Shown here: piece by piece, positions 26,497-38,775 of the stretch
Layout of the letters: each line of letters starts with the position of its first letter
Position numbering within the stretch: position 1 is the stretch's first letter
Source: Octopus vulgaris
Taxonomy: Eukaryota
Assembly (NCBI GenBank): GCA_951406725.2
Contig: OX597814.1
Coordinates: forward strand, 53,630,001-53,694,000
Direction: 5' to 3'
DNA length: 64,000 bases
Program-made: the position numbers and the translations under genes
The notes under the pieces: model-generated
The model's database searches: none
Told to the model about the DNA's origin: nothing
Seen by the model: only the letters and a program-made list of their open reading frames with translations

Positions 26497-27136
26497 TTCT
26501 TTATAAGAGTTTCGACGAGTCCATCTTTTAAACACACAGGTGTGTCAATGTCTATCACCACAATACATACATACATACATAAACATACATGCATACACAC
26601 GCGCACACACATATATGTACATCACACATATACACACCTGTGCACAAATCTAGATGTGTGCGAATACAAATTTATATACGTACAGGCGTATATATTAGTA
26701 ATAGAAATATGGTAGAGGGAAAATTACATCAAAGCAGTGTTCTCCGTAATAAATACATATACAGTAGAGTCTTATATAGTTAATACACGGAGTTTAAAAA
26801 CGTCTGTCAGTGGAAATTATCCCTGCAATTGGTACGGAATAAATTTCTTGTGGTTTCACACAACAGAAAAAACAATAGATATAGCTCCAGTTACGTTCGT
26901 TCATTAACATTTTACACAATAGATATAGATTATAGGTTGGAGTGGATCAGGTTTTTAAAACCAATAGGCGAATACAACCGTCATGCTTCGATCTTATTAG
27001 GCCTCACCAGCGAAGTATATTCTACATGGTTAGTAATCGTATATAGTCCAAATACATGCATGCATACACACACACGCACACATACACACACATATATACG
27101 TACTTATATATAAAGTATGTATGCATATATATAAGA

Positions 27137-27184
<48 letters not shown>

Positions 27185-27240
27185 TATAAAATATATACAT
27201 TATATATATATACATATTATATATATATATATATTATTAT

Positions 27241-27307
<67 letters not shown>

Positions 27308-27351
27308 ATATATTACATATGTATATATATATTTATGTATATATATATATT

Positions 27352-27404
<53 letters not shown>

Positions 27405-27696
27405 TATTTGTTTCAGTCATTTGCTGGAGCACCGCCTTTCATTCAGTATCATTCAGTCTGTTATAATAAATCCATAAACACATACAAAGAATCCAAGGGT
27501 ATATATTTTTTCCCTCTGAAGATATTTAGTCGAACAAATCGACCCCAGTACTACTCTTTATAAACCTAGTACTTATTCTATCGGGCTTTTTGGCCGAACT
27601 GCTAAGTTATGGGGACGAAAACAAACCAGCATCGATTGTCAAGCGATGATGGGGGGACAAACACGGGCACACAAACATAAACACACACACACACAT

Positions 27697-27733
<37 letters not shown>

Positions 27734-27899
27734 CGACGGGAATCTTTCAGTTTCCGTCTACTAAATCCACTCATAAGGCTTTGGTCAGCCCGAGGCTATA
27801 CTAGAAGACACTTGCCCAAATACATGCATGCATACACACACACACACACACATATACGTACATATATTTAAAGTATGTATGCATATATATAAGAATGTA

Positions 27900-28073
<174 letters not shown>

Positions 28074-28565
28074 ATATATATGTATATATATATGTATGTA
28101 TGTATGTATGTATATATAAGGTGAAAACGCTGTCTGTTGTCTGACATTGAACCTTACACCCACATATTAACAATTATGTTTTCCTTCTCGTTCTCCGACT
28201 CTCCCTTCTCTTCCCTCTTTCTCTTTCTCTCCCTCTCTCCCTCTATATCTCCCTCTCTCTCCCTCTCCCTCTCCTACCTCTCTCTCTCTCTCTCTCTCTC
28301 TCTGTTACCTTATTATTTTACTTCTACTATCAGCTTAGCTCTATATCTCTCTATATGAGATAGTTTCATATTTTTTGCATTTTTAAGATTTTGTTAGCTT
28401 TTTCTGTCACGTTCTAACAATATTACTAGGAGAACATCTATATCATTTGTATCTATTGGAGAATCTCCCAATCTATACTACCAAAAATTACCAATATTTA
28501 TCAATATTTCTTAGAATCAAGCTATTGGAATTTTATTCTCGGTTCCAAACACTTGCCTGTTTGTA

Positions 28566-29130
28566 TTGGGTTGTCCGGAAAGTTCGTGTCGATGTTTAAA
28601 GGAAAGAAGAAGGTCAATAAATACTTGCCATTACATTTTAATCAACCAAATATGAACCATTTTGTTGCACAATGCGTCTCCATCTTTCCTTTAACTTGGA
28701 AATACCCTCTTCCCAGAATTGAGGTAGTTTTATGGCAAAGAATTCATCAAGGTATCTTTTTAGCGTCATCCAAGGAATTGAGATTTTTACCCTTAAGACT
28801 ATTCTGCAGAGACCTCAATAAGTGGAAATCCGAAGGAGCAATATCTGGTGAATATGGAGGCTGAGGTAACACATCCCAGCCGAGCTGCAGCAATTTTTGT
28901 CTGGTTCCCAAAGCATCAAGTGCGAAAATGAACTTTCTTATCTTCCATTTTAAAGGGTTACAGAATTAACACAGGTTACAGGAACATAAAACTTTTTCTA
29001 CGAAAAGATAGCCTAAACTGTGCTCTAAATGGAGATGTAGTCAAATCCTATTTTATGGACTCAACCATGTTCTAAAATAAGTCTAATGGTAAGCTACTAT
29101 AAATCGGCACGAACTTTCCAGACAACCCAA
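28566..29130 (-). mobile_element. Internally deleted mariner transposon
   Basis: TIRs TTGGGTTGTCCGGAAAGTTCGTG / CACGAACTTTCCAGACAACCCAA with TA TSDs; remnant QLGWDVLPQPPYSPDIAPSDFHL. Confidence 0.9.
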
Positions 29131-29385
29131 TAATATATATTCTTGCATTATTTTACTTCCTTGGTTCATTGGACTGCGGTCATGCTGGGTCACCGCCTTG
29201 AAAGGTCTTCTAAAATATATTGGCACTAGTACTGACATATTCTTTATGTCTGGTACTTATTCTATCGGCGTCTTTTGCGAAGCGCTTCGTAGCGGTGACG
29301 TAAACAAACCAATACCGTTGTCAAACGGTGAGACCTGAAGCACAAACACGTACATAGATGCATGGACACACATACATATACGCAC

Positions 29386-29461
<76 letters not shown>

Positions 29462-30905
29462 GCGCAGGCGTAGTTGTGTAGTAAGAAGTTTGCTTCCCAA
29501 CCACACGGTTTAGGGTTCAGTTCCACCGCGTGGTATCTTGGGCAAGTGTCTTCTACTAAAGCCTCGGGCCTACCAAAGTCTTGGGGACGATTTCTTCGAC
29601 TAAACCCTTTAAAGCGGTGCTCCAGCATGGCCTCGGTCAAAAATGACTGAAACAAGTAAAAGAATAAAACAATATATATATGATGGGCTTCCACACAGTT
29701 TCCGTCAACCAAATACCCTCACATAGCATAGTAGGCTATAGTAGAAGGCTCTTGTTCAAAATGCCGCGCAAAACGAACATCTCACCCATATAGCCATACC
29801 AGTGCCTAAAGAAGAATCTATCCTCGAACAGAAATAATACTTCCTTAAGCGACCCCGATAGGATGAAATTCAAAGTTGACGTCGGTATGGTTTTCATTCA
29901 GAGAGCAGAGAACTGGAATGATTATTGCAAAGCAATTTCTCTGATATTCAAAGGATTCAGTCACAAAGTCTATTCTTTGTTATTTTAAATAGCTTTTGTT
30001 TTAATGATAATATAACTGATATTCATATTTGATGGTTCCTATTTTGAATGTGCTAATTGTTTTGCTCATGTAAGATTTCGATGAAATAAGGCGGCGATTG
30101 TCGCGGGGAAAGAAAGCTGGGAGAAGAAAAAGAAGACCACAGAACAGTATGACAACATTCGAACATTCCAAATATAAAAAATAAATAATATCAAGTGAAA
30201 CAGGCGGAGTTCTCTGTCCTAGAGAAACTAATCGGTTTCGAACTATAGAAAGGAGACGAAGATTATCGGAATTGAAGAAAAGTATTGTAAAATGACAACA
30301 AATTATGAACAAATGTAAAAGCCGAGGTAGAACAAAAACCTGAAAGAAACCAAATGAAAAGCAAGAAAAACAAGAGAAACAAGAAAAAAAGAAAGAAGTC
30401 TAACAACTCAAAAGACTACAAAAAGAAAATGCAGAAGAAGAGCAAGAAAATAGGTTAATTGCCAGAGATAGCTACAGAGTTTTAATTGCGTAAGAAAGAG
30501 AAAAAATACACATATCAACAAAAAATAAATAAATACAAATATTCAAATTAGAAGAAATGCAAGCGTTCAGACTAATATTTTTCGAGAGAATTTACTATGT
30601 CATTCATAGATGCCTATTGCTTGCAAATCTTGTCGTGTCAAACTCGAGATTGTGATTTCAAAATCCGCTGAAGAAGGTGGCGAGATGGCAGAATCCGAAG
30701 GCGGCGAGTTGGCAGACAAAATGCTTAGCGGCATTTCTTCCGGTTTTATCTTTTGAGCTCAAATTTCGCCGAAGTCGACTTTATCTGTCATCTTTTTGGG
30801 GGTCGATAAAATAAATACCAGTTGAGTACTGGGGTTGATGTAAATGACAAGCCACTTTCTTTTACAGTTTAAACCTTGTGCTAATAGTAGAAAGAAAACT
30901 ATTAC

Positions 30906-31030
30906 CTGTCGATGGAGAAACGTGCATTTTTCCTGCTTTGCTGGTTGTTCTGATGTCTGACGCTCCAGAAGATGAACCGTATTGTTTCCCATTCTTGGCC
31001 AAATCTATCTTTGCACCAACAATATGCATC
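30906..31030 (-). CDS. Putative internal exon, 125 nt: (R)MHIVGAKIDLAKNGKQYGSSSGASDIRTTSKAGKMHVSPST(G)
   Basis: Acceptor ttcttcttcaatAG, donor CAG|gtaata; phase 2 to 1, compatible with both neighbours. Confidence 0.6.
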
Positions 31031-31883
31031 CTATTGAAGAAGAATCTTGACAATTTACCCCACTTTACGTTGTTGATTCGAAAAATGGCCACTGATATTA
31101 GATTAGAGATCTAGGCTTAAAGTGTCTCTGTAATTACGACCACTTTAAAACTGAGAGAAAAGTGTGTTTATTTATGAAATATAGGAAGTTGAAAGCGTAG
31201 AAGCACAGTAGGCAACCGAATCGTGATATTCTTTCACCACTAATCATTAAAATATTGAATTCAAATTTTGGCACTAGGCCAGCAATTTCGGAGAATGAGG
31301 TAGGTGGAGGAGATCGACCCCAGTATTCAACTGGTACTTATTTTATAGACCCCGAAAGGATGAAAGGATGAAAGGTGGAATTTGAATTCAGAACGTAAAG
31401 ACGGACGAAATGCTGCTAAGCATTTTGCCCGGTGTGGCAACGATTCTAACACTTCGCCATCTTACTAATCATTAAAATATAAAAGAGGGCCCGAAACAGG
31501 GACATTATAACCCCTACCACTGAAGACGTTATAGTAATATTAAGTGGCAATAATTTTTAAGATAGTACGCTGACCCCACTTTTGAATGTAACTTTCGTAT
31601 TTATTCTTGAAATCAAGGAACTCCTCTTATATCGCCCTAATCTTAACCCAATGAAATACAGGATAGCGACCAACATTGAGCATTAACCTAACAAAATCAA
31701 ATGTACCAATATTGGTATTTCAAGATTGCCCAAGAAAGACTAAAACAAGAAATCTATTTCTGTGTGGTAAAAAATTATTTCAGCAATAGGTTGTTGACTA
31801 TCTTTTTCAACGTGAGAAAATAATTTGGATTATATAAAATATTAGCTAGGACGTCTCAGAATCCAATAGGGTCAAAGACTTAC

Positions 31884-31903
31884 CGATTATTTAACTTCTT
31901 TTG
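31884..31903 (-). CDS. Putative 20-nt microexon QKKLNN(R)
   Basis: Acceptor ttgctctttctatatccacAG, donor CG|gtaagt; phase 0 to 2. Confidence 0.55.
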
Positions 31904-32214
31904 CTGTGGATATAGAAAGAGCAATACACAGCTCTGTATTGAGAGCTGTTCGCCAGCATCGGGATTTGTATTTGAGACCGAAGACGAGGTTATTACAGTT
32001 CAGGGTAACGTATTTGTAATTTAGGTGGTGGTAAACTATCTCTCCGGTGACTGGTTTAAATCTATTCACTATATTCTGTATGGAATATAAAGGCCCATTT
32101 GTGTGTTCATTATAAAGGACATCCATACTTTTATACATAATATAGCCGATAAATTTAAACATTCAACTTCAAGATAATAATATCATTGCCTATATTAAGA
32201 TGCGGCCTCCTTAC

Positions 32215-32255
32215 CTCCGTTATGGTGTGGATGCTTAACGGTTCCCAATACAGAG
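32215..32255 (-). CDS. Putative 41-nt exon (T)LYWEPLSIHTITE
   Basis: Acceptor gttcattttcacAG, donor GAG|gtaagg; phase 1 to 0. Confidence 0.6.
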
Positions 32256-32332
32256 CTGTGAAAATGAACGCACATCATCAATAGTTAAATTTTATGTACA
32301 TTTTCTCAAATAAATGTGCGTTGTGTATGTAA

Positions 32333-32364
<32 letters not shown>

Positions 32365-32377
32365 TGTGCGTGTGTGT

Positions 32378-32444
<67 letters not shown>

Positions 32445-34292
32445 TCTTACTGAATTTTAGGAATGTTTTGCTTATTTTTGATGTCCCACATACAAATTAT
32501 ATTTACAGTACTTCTTAGCAGGTCATCTTTTGCCGGAAGCCACCAGCCTCATCGAGATTACTACCTCGACAGTTAGTAATAAAATTCTTGTATAATGATA
32601 TATTATACCAACACTTGGAAAACAGTGTAAGGACTCGCCAATGGCAGTTGACAGCAAACATGTTTGATGTCGATATTCTTAGAATACGCGTGTTGCAATA
32701 TAGAATGTTTTAATTCGTTAATGATAGTCGGAAAATCATCCAGAAGACTATAACTGTTGATATTGGTAAAGAAATCAATGACAAGATCTCACTTGTAAAT
32801 CTTGATTTTTAATTTTCTTTTAATTTTCTTTTCGTTAACCACTGACAGCATTCTGTGATGTCTTCTTTGAGTAGGACATTTGGTTTTTGCTTTATAAACT
32901 AGACGTAATATACAGAGTAACTTCGAGTAAATTTAACAAAAGTTTTTACACATGGAGTTAAATTAGTGAAAGATATATTTGGTGATATCTTTAAACAAGC
33001 AAAATTTGACAAACCTAAAGGAGCTTTCATGCCAATAAATTTAAATTATAGATAAGCACTGCCATGTTGCTACACCTCGGGAGAAAAGCAATTTATTGCC
33101 AAAGTTCGAGGCATGAAGATTTCTTGTTGACGCCCTTTATTCCACATGGTATTAAAGCAACGATGAAGGGCGTTATGACTGGTAAATCTGTCCCAATATT
33201 AAATCTGAGCAGAGACTGAACCTAACCAATAGTGACTGTTTTTTGTACACATTTCGCTGAAATAATATCATCATTGCGTATTTGGAATCTAATCTGCATA
33301 AATGCTATCACAGGATTTTCTCTCAGTTCTCTAATGATTAAACTATTCTGCAGAAAAATATTAGCTTGGATAAATGTGGTTCTCAATTAAACTGTCAACT
33401 ACAGATTGCATTTATTAATAGTTAATTACAACGTTAATGAGTGCATGATACATAGGATGCTCCAATAAATCAGACCTTAACGAAGATGAAGAAATTCAGA
33501 CATTGGTTTCCAGGTTTAATTAAAAAATAAAATGAGTTTAAAGAAATAATTTAGATGTACCAATGGCATTAAATTGGATAATTAAAATAAAGTGATATAA
33601 TAAATGTTGAACGCGAAAATCTTTAATCAACTGAAATTCCCCTCTAAGTTGGAGAAGGAACGTATAAGCCTACGAGTAATAAATTTTTCGAGCAAATTCG
33701 TATTTTTAGCGAAAACACGATCTAATCTTTGATTGCAGACAGAGGACAACTCTGGACGTATTTCAATCTCTTAGACCTCATCGGCAGTTTACAGTCTAAT
33801 GTTTTACTAATCAGCAAACAGCCTTTCGACCGATGTTCTGCAATAATAGAACTGTGCAACTTTCCTGAATTGGTATCCCTGATCATCAATTAATGAATAC
33901 TTTTCCGATAAATTCCATTTTAACTCTCTTGATATCTTGATATTGCTATTTATCTCATGTATACATGATCCATGGATGCAAGTTGATGTTAAACGGTTTG
34001 TAGATGTGAGCTAAGGGATATCATGTAATATCTAAAAGTTGCTTAAATCGATGTTAATGATCAACCACTATGTATTTATTTGGGCTACAAACTGACAATA
34101 TCACTATTAATAGGATCATTTCTGGTTGTGATTTATATGTTTAAACGCCATTAAACTGGATATTTTCAAGCATCGAGTCGAATACATTAAATGTTGGCAT
34201 AAGTAGTGACAGAAAAACACAGTGACAACAGATTTTATTGTAATTAGAGAACTGTACAGGCCAGAAACTCATCCTTTGATAGTAAAACATAC

Positions 34293-34308
34293 TTCCTTCC
34301 CCACTGTA
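34293..34308 (-). CDS. Putative 16-nt microexon YSGEG(T)
   Basis: Acceptor ttttttttAG, donor GAA|gtatgt; phase 0 to 1 joins the 41-nt exon in frame. Confidence 0.4.
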
Positions 34309-35127
34309 CTAAAAAAAATACTATTACAGTGAAAGTATATATATGTATATTTTTGTGTATGTGTGTATGTATACACAACGCACATACACATACACATATA
34401 TATATATATACATACGTATATAAATATATACATATATATATATACATACATATGTGTGTGTGTATATGTGTATGTGTGTGTGTTTGTGTGTGTGTGTTTG
34501 TGTGTGTGTGGTTTCATGTAGACTAATTATTTCTGTCCACATCATTAAATTGTTTAGTAAGTCACATTGTTAAAGAGTTCTAAAAGGAATGACAGTGTAT
34601 TATATATGATTGTTACTGGCTAGAAAACTATGGGGGCGTAAACACACTGACACTGATTGCAAAGTTGTAGTGGCGGACAAACAGGCTCAAAAACACACGT
34701 ATATACATATACATACCATACATGCATACATATGCATCCATGTATACACACACACATACAAGCACACACATACAAACACACACACACACACACAACTTTC
34801 AGTTTCCTTCCACCTAATTTACTCACGAGATTTTGGCCAGCCTGAGGCTGTAGTAGAAGACACTTGCTCAAGGTAACATGCAGTGGGACTGAACCCAAAA
34901 CCATGTGGCTGGGAAGCAAGCTTCTTACCACACAGCCACGTCTGCATGTTTGTTTTGTGAATATATTGGTCACTACATTGGCAAGTACGTTTCAGTGATA
35001 AGAACAAAATAAGACTTAAACGTGCTTGGGGTAACACGCAGTGGGACTGAACCCAAAACCATGTGGTTGGGAAGCAAACTTCTTACCGCACAGCTACGCC
35101 TGCGTTTATGTATTATTATTATAATTA

Positions 35128-35687
35128 TTGGGAGAGCAGCGCATCCCATCAAAGTGACACTGGGGCACAAACATACGAAGCCTAATATACCCATCGTGAC
35201 AACTCGTCTGGAAAGGGTACACTAGGCACATGCATCACGACCATATGTGTGCGACATGGTGATCTTATGTCAAGATAAACAGCACATGACCTTGCAGGTG
35301 GCGCCCAGTCAGAATTTCCATCAGTTTAAGTACCCCATCCCGCTCAAAAGGTCCTTGAATAAGGTTTGTTTAAGGAGGATGAACAAAACACCCATGTTTC
35401 CAGAGGTGAATTGTTCAAATATCCCCAAACATTCCTCTCAACACATGGCTATGATGCTTCCCCCGCTTCTTCTGCTAGTAATCAGTGATGCACATATCGT
35501 CAGTCACTAAGGGACATGCTCAACAGGTTAAGGTCAAGCAACTGACAAGCAAATCTGTGGTACTGAGCAGAATATTTGCTGTAGACCATCTTTTATACCA
35601 AGACAAAACAATGTACATGATAACACTTCCAATCAGTTAAAATGAGAAACCATGAGAGCCACTGCCTGGTACTGTATCAGGTATCCT
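35128..35687. repeat. Dispersed repeat next to (TAT)n/(CAT)n tracts; second copy at ~36721-37070
   Basis: Shared GAGAGCAG.GCAT..C.TCAAAGT.ACACTGGGG and CACTAAGGGACATGCTCAAC blocks. Possibly the untranslated end of a (TAA)n-targeting retroelement. Confidence 0.6.
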
Positions 35688-35836
35688 CATCATCATCATC
35701 ATCATCATCATTATTATTATTACTATTATTATTATTATAATTGTTATTGTTGTTGTTGTTGTTGTTGTTGTTGCTGTTGCTGCTGCTGCTGCTGCTGTTA
35801 TTATTATTGTTGTTGTTGTTGTTGTTGTTGTTTCTG

Positions 35837-35873
<37 letters not shown>

Positions 35874-35994
35874 CATTATTATCATTATTATTATTATTAT
35901 TATTGCCTTTGCACAGCTTCTAACGCTGGAGATTTACTACAGTGTCAGCTGTTAACTACCAGTGAACTAAGGTAACACCTCTTATTTTTCGAGC

Positions 35995-36150
35995 ACCTTC
36001 CGGAGTATTAACGCGGAAAAATCAGCAACTCGGCACCTGAAAAGGCAAGTCCATCCCGTCCATGGGGCGTCATGGGGCGCTGGTCCGGTTAAATTGCTCG
36101 GGATCTGGTTCGGTCCAGACCTCCAAGTGGAGAAAAACTGAGACGAGGTA
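35995..36150 (+). mobile_element. Tx1/L1-clade reverse transcriptase fragment
   Basis: INAEKS...PVKLLGIWFGPDLQVEKN*. Confidence 0.5.
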
Positions 36151-36685
36151 ACTAACAAGATCGTTAGCACACTGGGCGAAACGCTTAGCGGCATTTCGTC
36201 TGCTGCTACGTTCTGAGTTCAAATTCCGCCGAGGTCGACTTTGCTTTTCATCCTTTCGGGATCAATTAAATAAATACCAGTTACGCACTGGGGTCGATAT
36301 AATCAACTTAATCCGTTTGTCTGTCCTTGTTTGTCCTCTCTGTGTTTAGCCCCTTGTGGATAGTAAAGAAATAGATATTTCGTCTGCTGCTACGTTCTGA
36401 GTTCAAATTCCACGAGGTCGACTTTGCTTTTCATCCTTTCGGGGTCGATTAAATAAGTACCAGTTACGCACTGGGTTCGATATAATCGACTTAATCACTT
36501 TGTCTGTCCTTGTTTGTCTCCTCTATGTTTAGCCCCCCTGTGGGCAATAAAGAAATAAGTATTTAGCTGCATTTCGGTCGTCACTACATTCTGAGTTCAA
36601 ATTCCGTCGAGGTCGACTTTGCCTTTCATCCTTTCTGGGTCGAGAAATTAAGTACCAGTGAAACACTGGTGTAGATGTAATCGAA
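36150..36685 (+). mobile_element. Tandem array of three SINE-B units (~185-bp period)
   Basis: TTCTGAGTTCAAATTCC...GAGGTCGACTTTGC repeated at ~36211, ~36395 and ~36589. Confidence 0.8.
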
Positions 36686-37287
36686 AATTTGAAACCATTA
36701 TTATTTTTATTATTATTATTGAGTGAGAGAGCAGTGCATAGCGTCAAAGTAACACTGGGGTAAAATATACGAAGCCCATTTGAACGAAACACTCATGTTT
36801 CTAAAGGTGAATTATCCAAACCCCAAAGAATTCCTCTCAGCACATGGCTTTGATACTCCCCCACTAATTTTGCACGTGATCAGATATGCACATATCATCG
36901 GCCACTAAGGGACATGCTCAACTGGTTAAGGTCAAACAACTGACAAGAAAATCTGTGGTATTGAGCAGAATATTTGCTGTAGCCCATCTTTATATACCAA
37001 GACAAAACAATGTACATGATTACACTTCCAATCTGTTAGGATCAGAAGCCATCCAGAGCCACTCCTTGGTACGGCGGCGAGATGGTAGAAGCGTTAGCAC
37101 GCCGGATGAAATGCTTAGCGGTACTTCGCACGTCGCTACGTACTGAATTCAAATTCCGTCGAGGTCGACTTTATCTTTCATCGTTTCGAGGCTGATAAAT
37201 TAACTACCAGTCAAGTACTGAGGTCGATGCAATCGACTATCCCCCTCCCATAATATTTCAGGCCTTGTGTCTGTAGCAGAAAGGATG

Positions 37288-37341
<54 letters not shown>

Positions 37342-38184
37342 GGCTTTTTTTAGAGAAAAGGAGAATTCTGTGATCTTCGTGATATTTTTCAGTGACATTT
37401 ATCATGTAAGTGATTTAAGTGAATATCTGGTAATCGATATCATGTCACAAATACTTTATCTATTGGTCCACGACATTCGTTCAATAGATAAGTAGTCAGC
37501 TACCTACAACCACCTCATTTTATACGACTTACTACTTTTATTGAATATGTGACGTTGCATAGAAAATACTCTGTCTTCCGAATCTATCTTTGCTTGGTGT
37601 GCATTATAATTCAGAAATGAAGAGTAAAGCAAAAGTTTTTTTTTTTTCTTTTCCGTTCTTTTTTCTTTTTCTTTTATATCTTGCAGTGACTCCAATGAAT
37701 CAATGTTATATAGAAATACAAATAAGCAAGAGACGTTCCTTCACTTGGTGAAAAATGCAAGTTTGTCCAGGTGCGAGATTTTAAGCATTATTAGTTTTCG
37801 CTTTTCTAAATGAACGAAGCAGCAATGTATGGCTTGGTGGTTAAGGGTATTGGACTCATGATCGTAAGGCTGTGGTTTCGATTCCTGGACCAGGAGATGC
37901 ATTGTGTTCTGTAGCAAAACATGTCATTTCACGTTATTCCAGTTCACTCTGCTGGTAAAAAAATATGTAAACTAGCGATAGACTAGCCTCCAATCTAAGG
38001 AGGAATATATATGCCAGAGAAACCAGGAAACCAACCCTATGCTCTTACGGAGTAATGTGGACAAAACACTACCATCTCACCCCTCTTATAAAAGGATAGG
38101 ACACGTTAAATCAGTGGAGATGCTGTGAGGATTGAAAAAGAGCAGACAGACCAAATTCCATGTTTAATAAGACGGAATGATTTA

Positions 38185-38775
<591 letters not shown>

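Noticed and set aside
30993-31030. IVGAKIDL as a small-GTPase G4 motif
   Set aside because: Lacks the N/T of (N/T)KxD, and no other G motifs appear in the predicted exons.
35637-35975. ORFs with poly-His/Tyr/Cys/Leu runs
   Set aside because: Compound trinucleotide microsatellite with no splice or coding signal.
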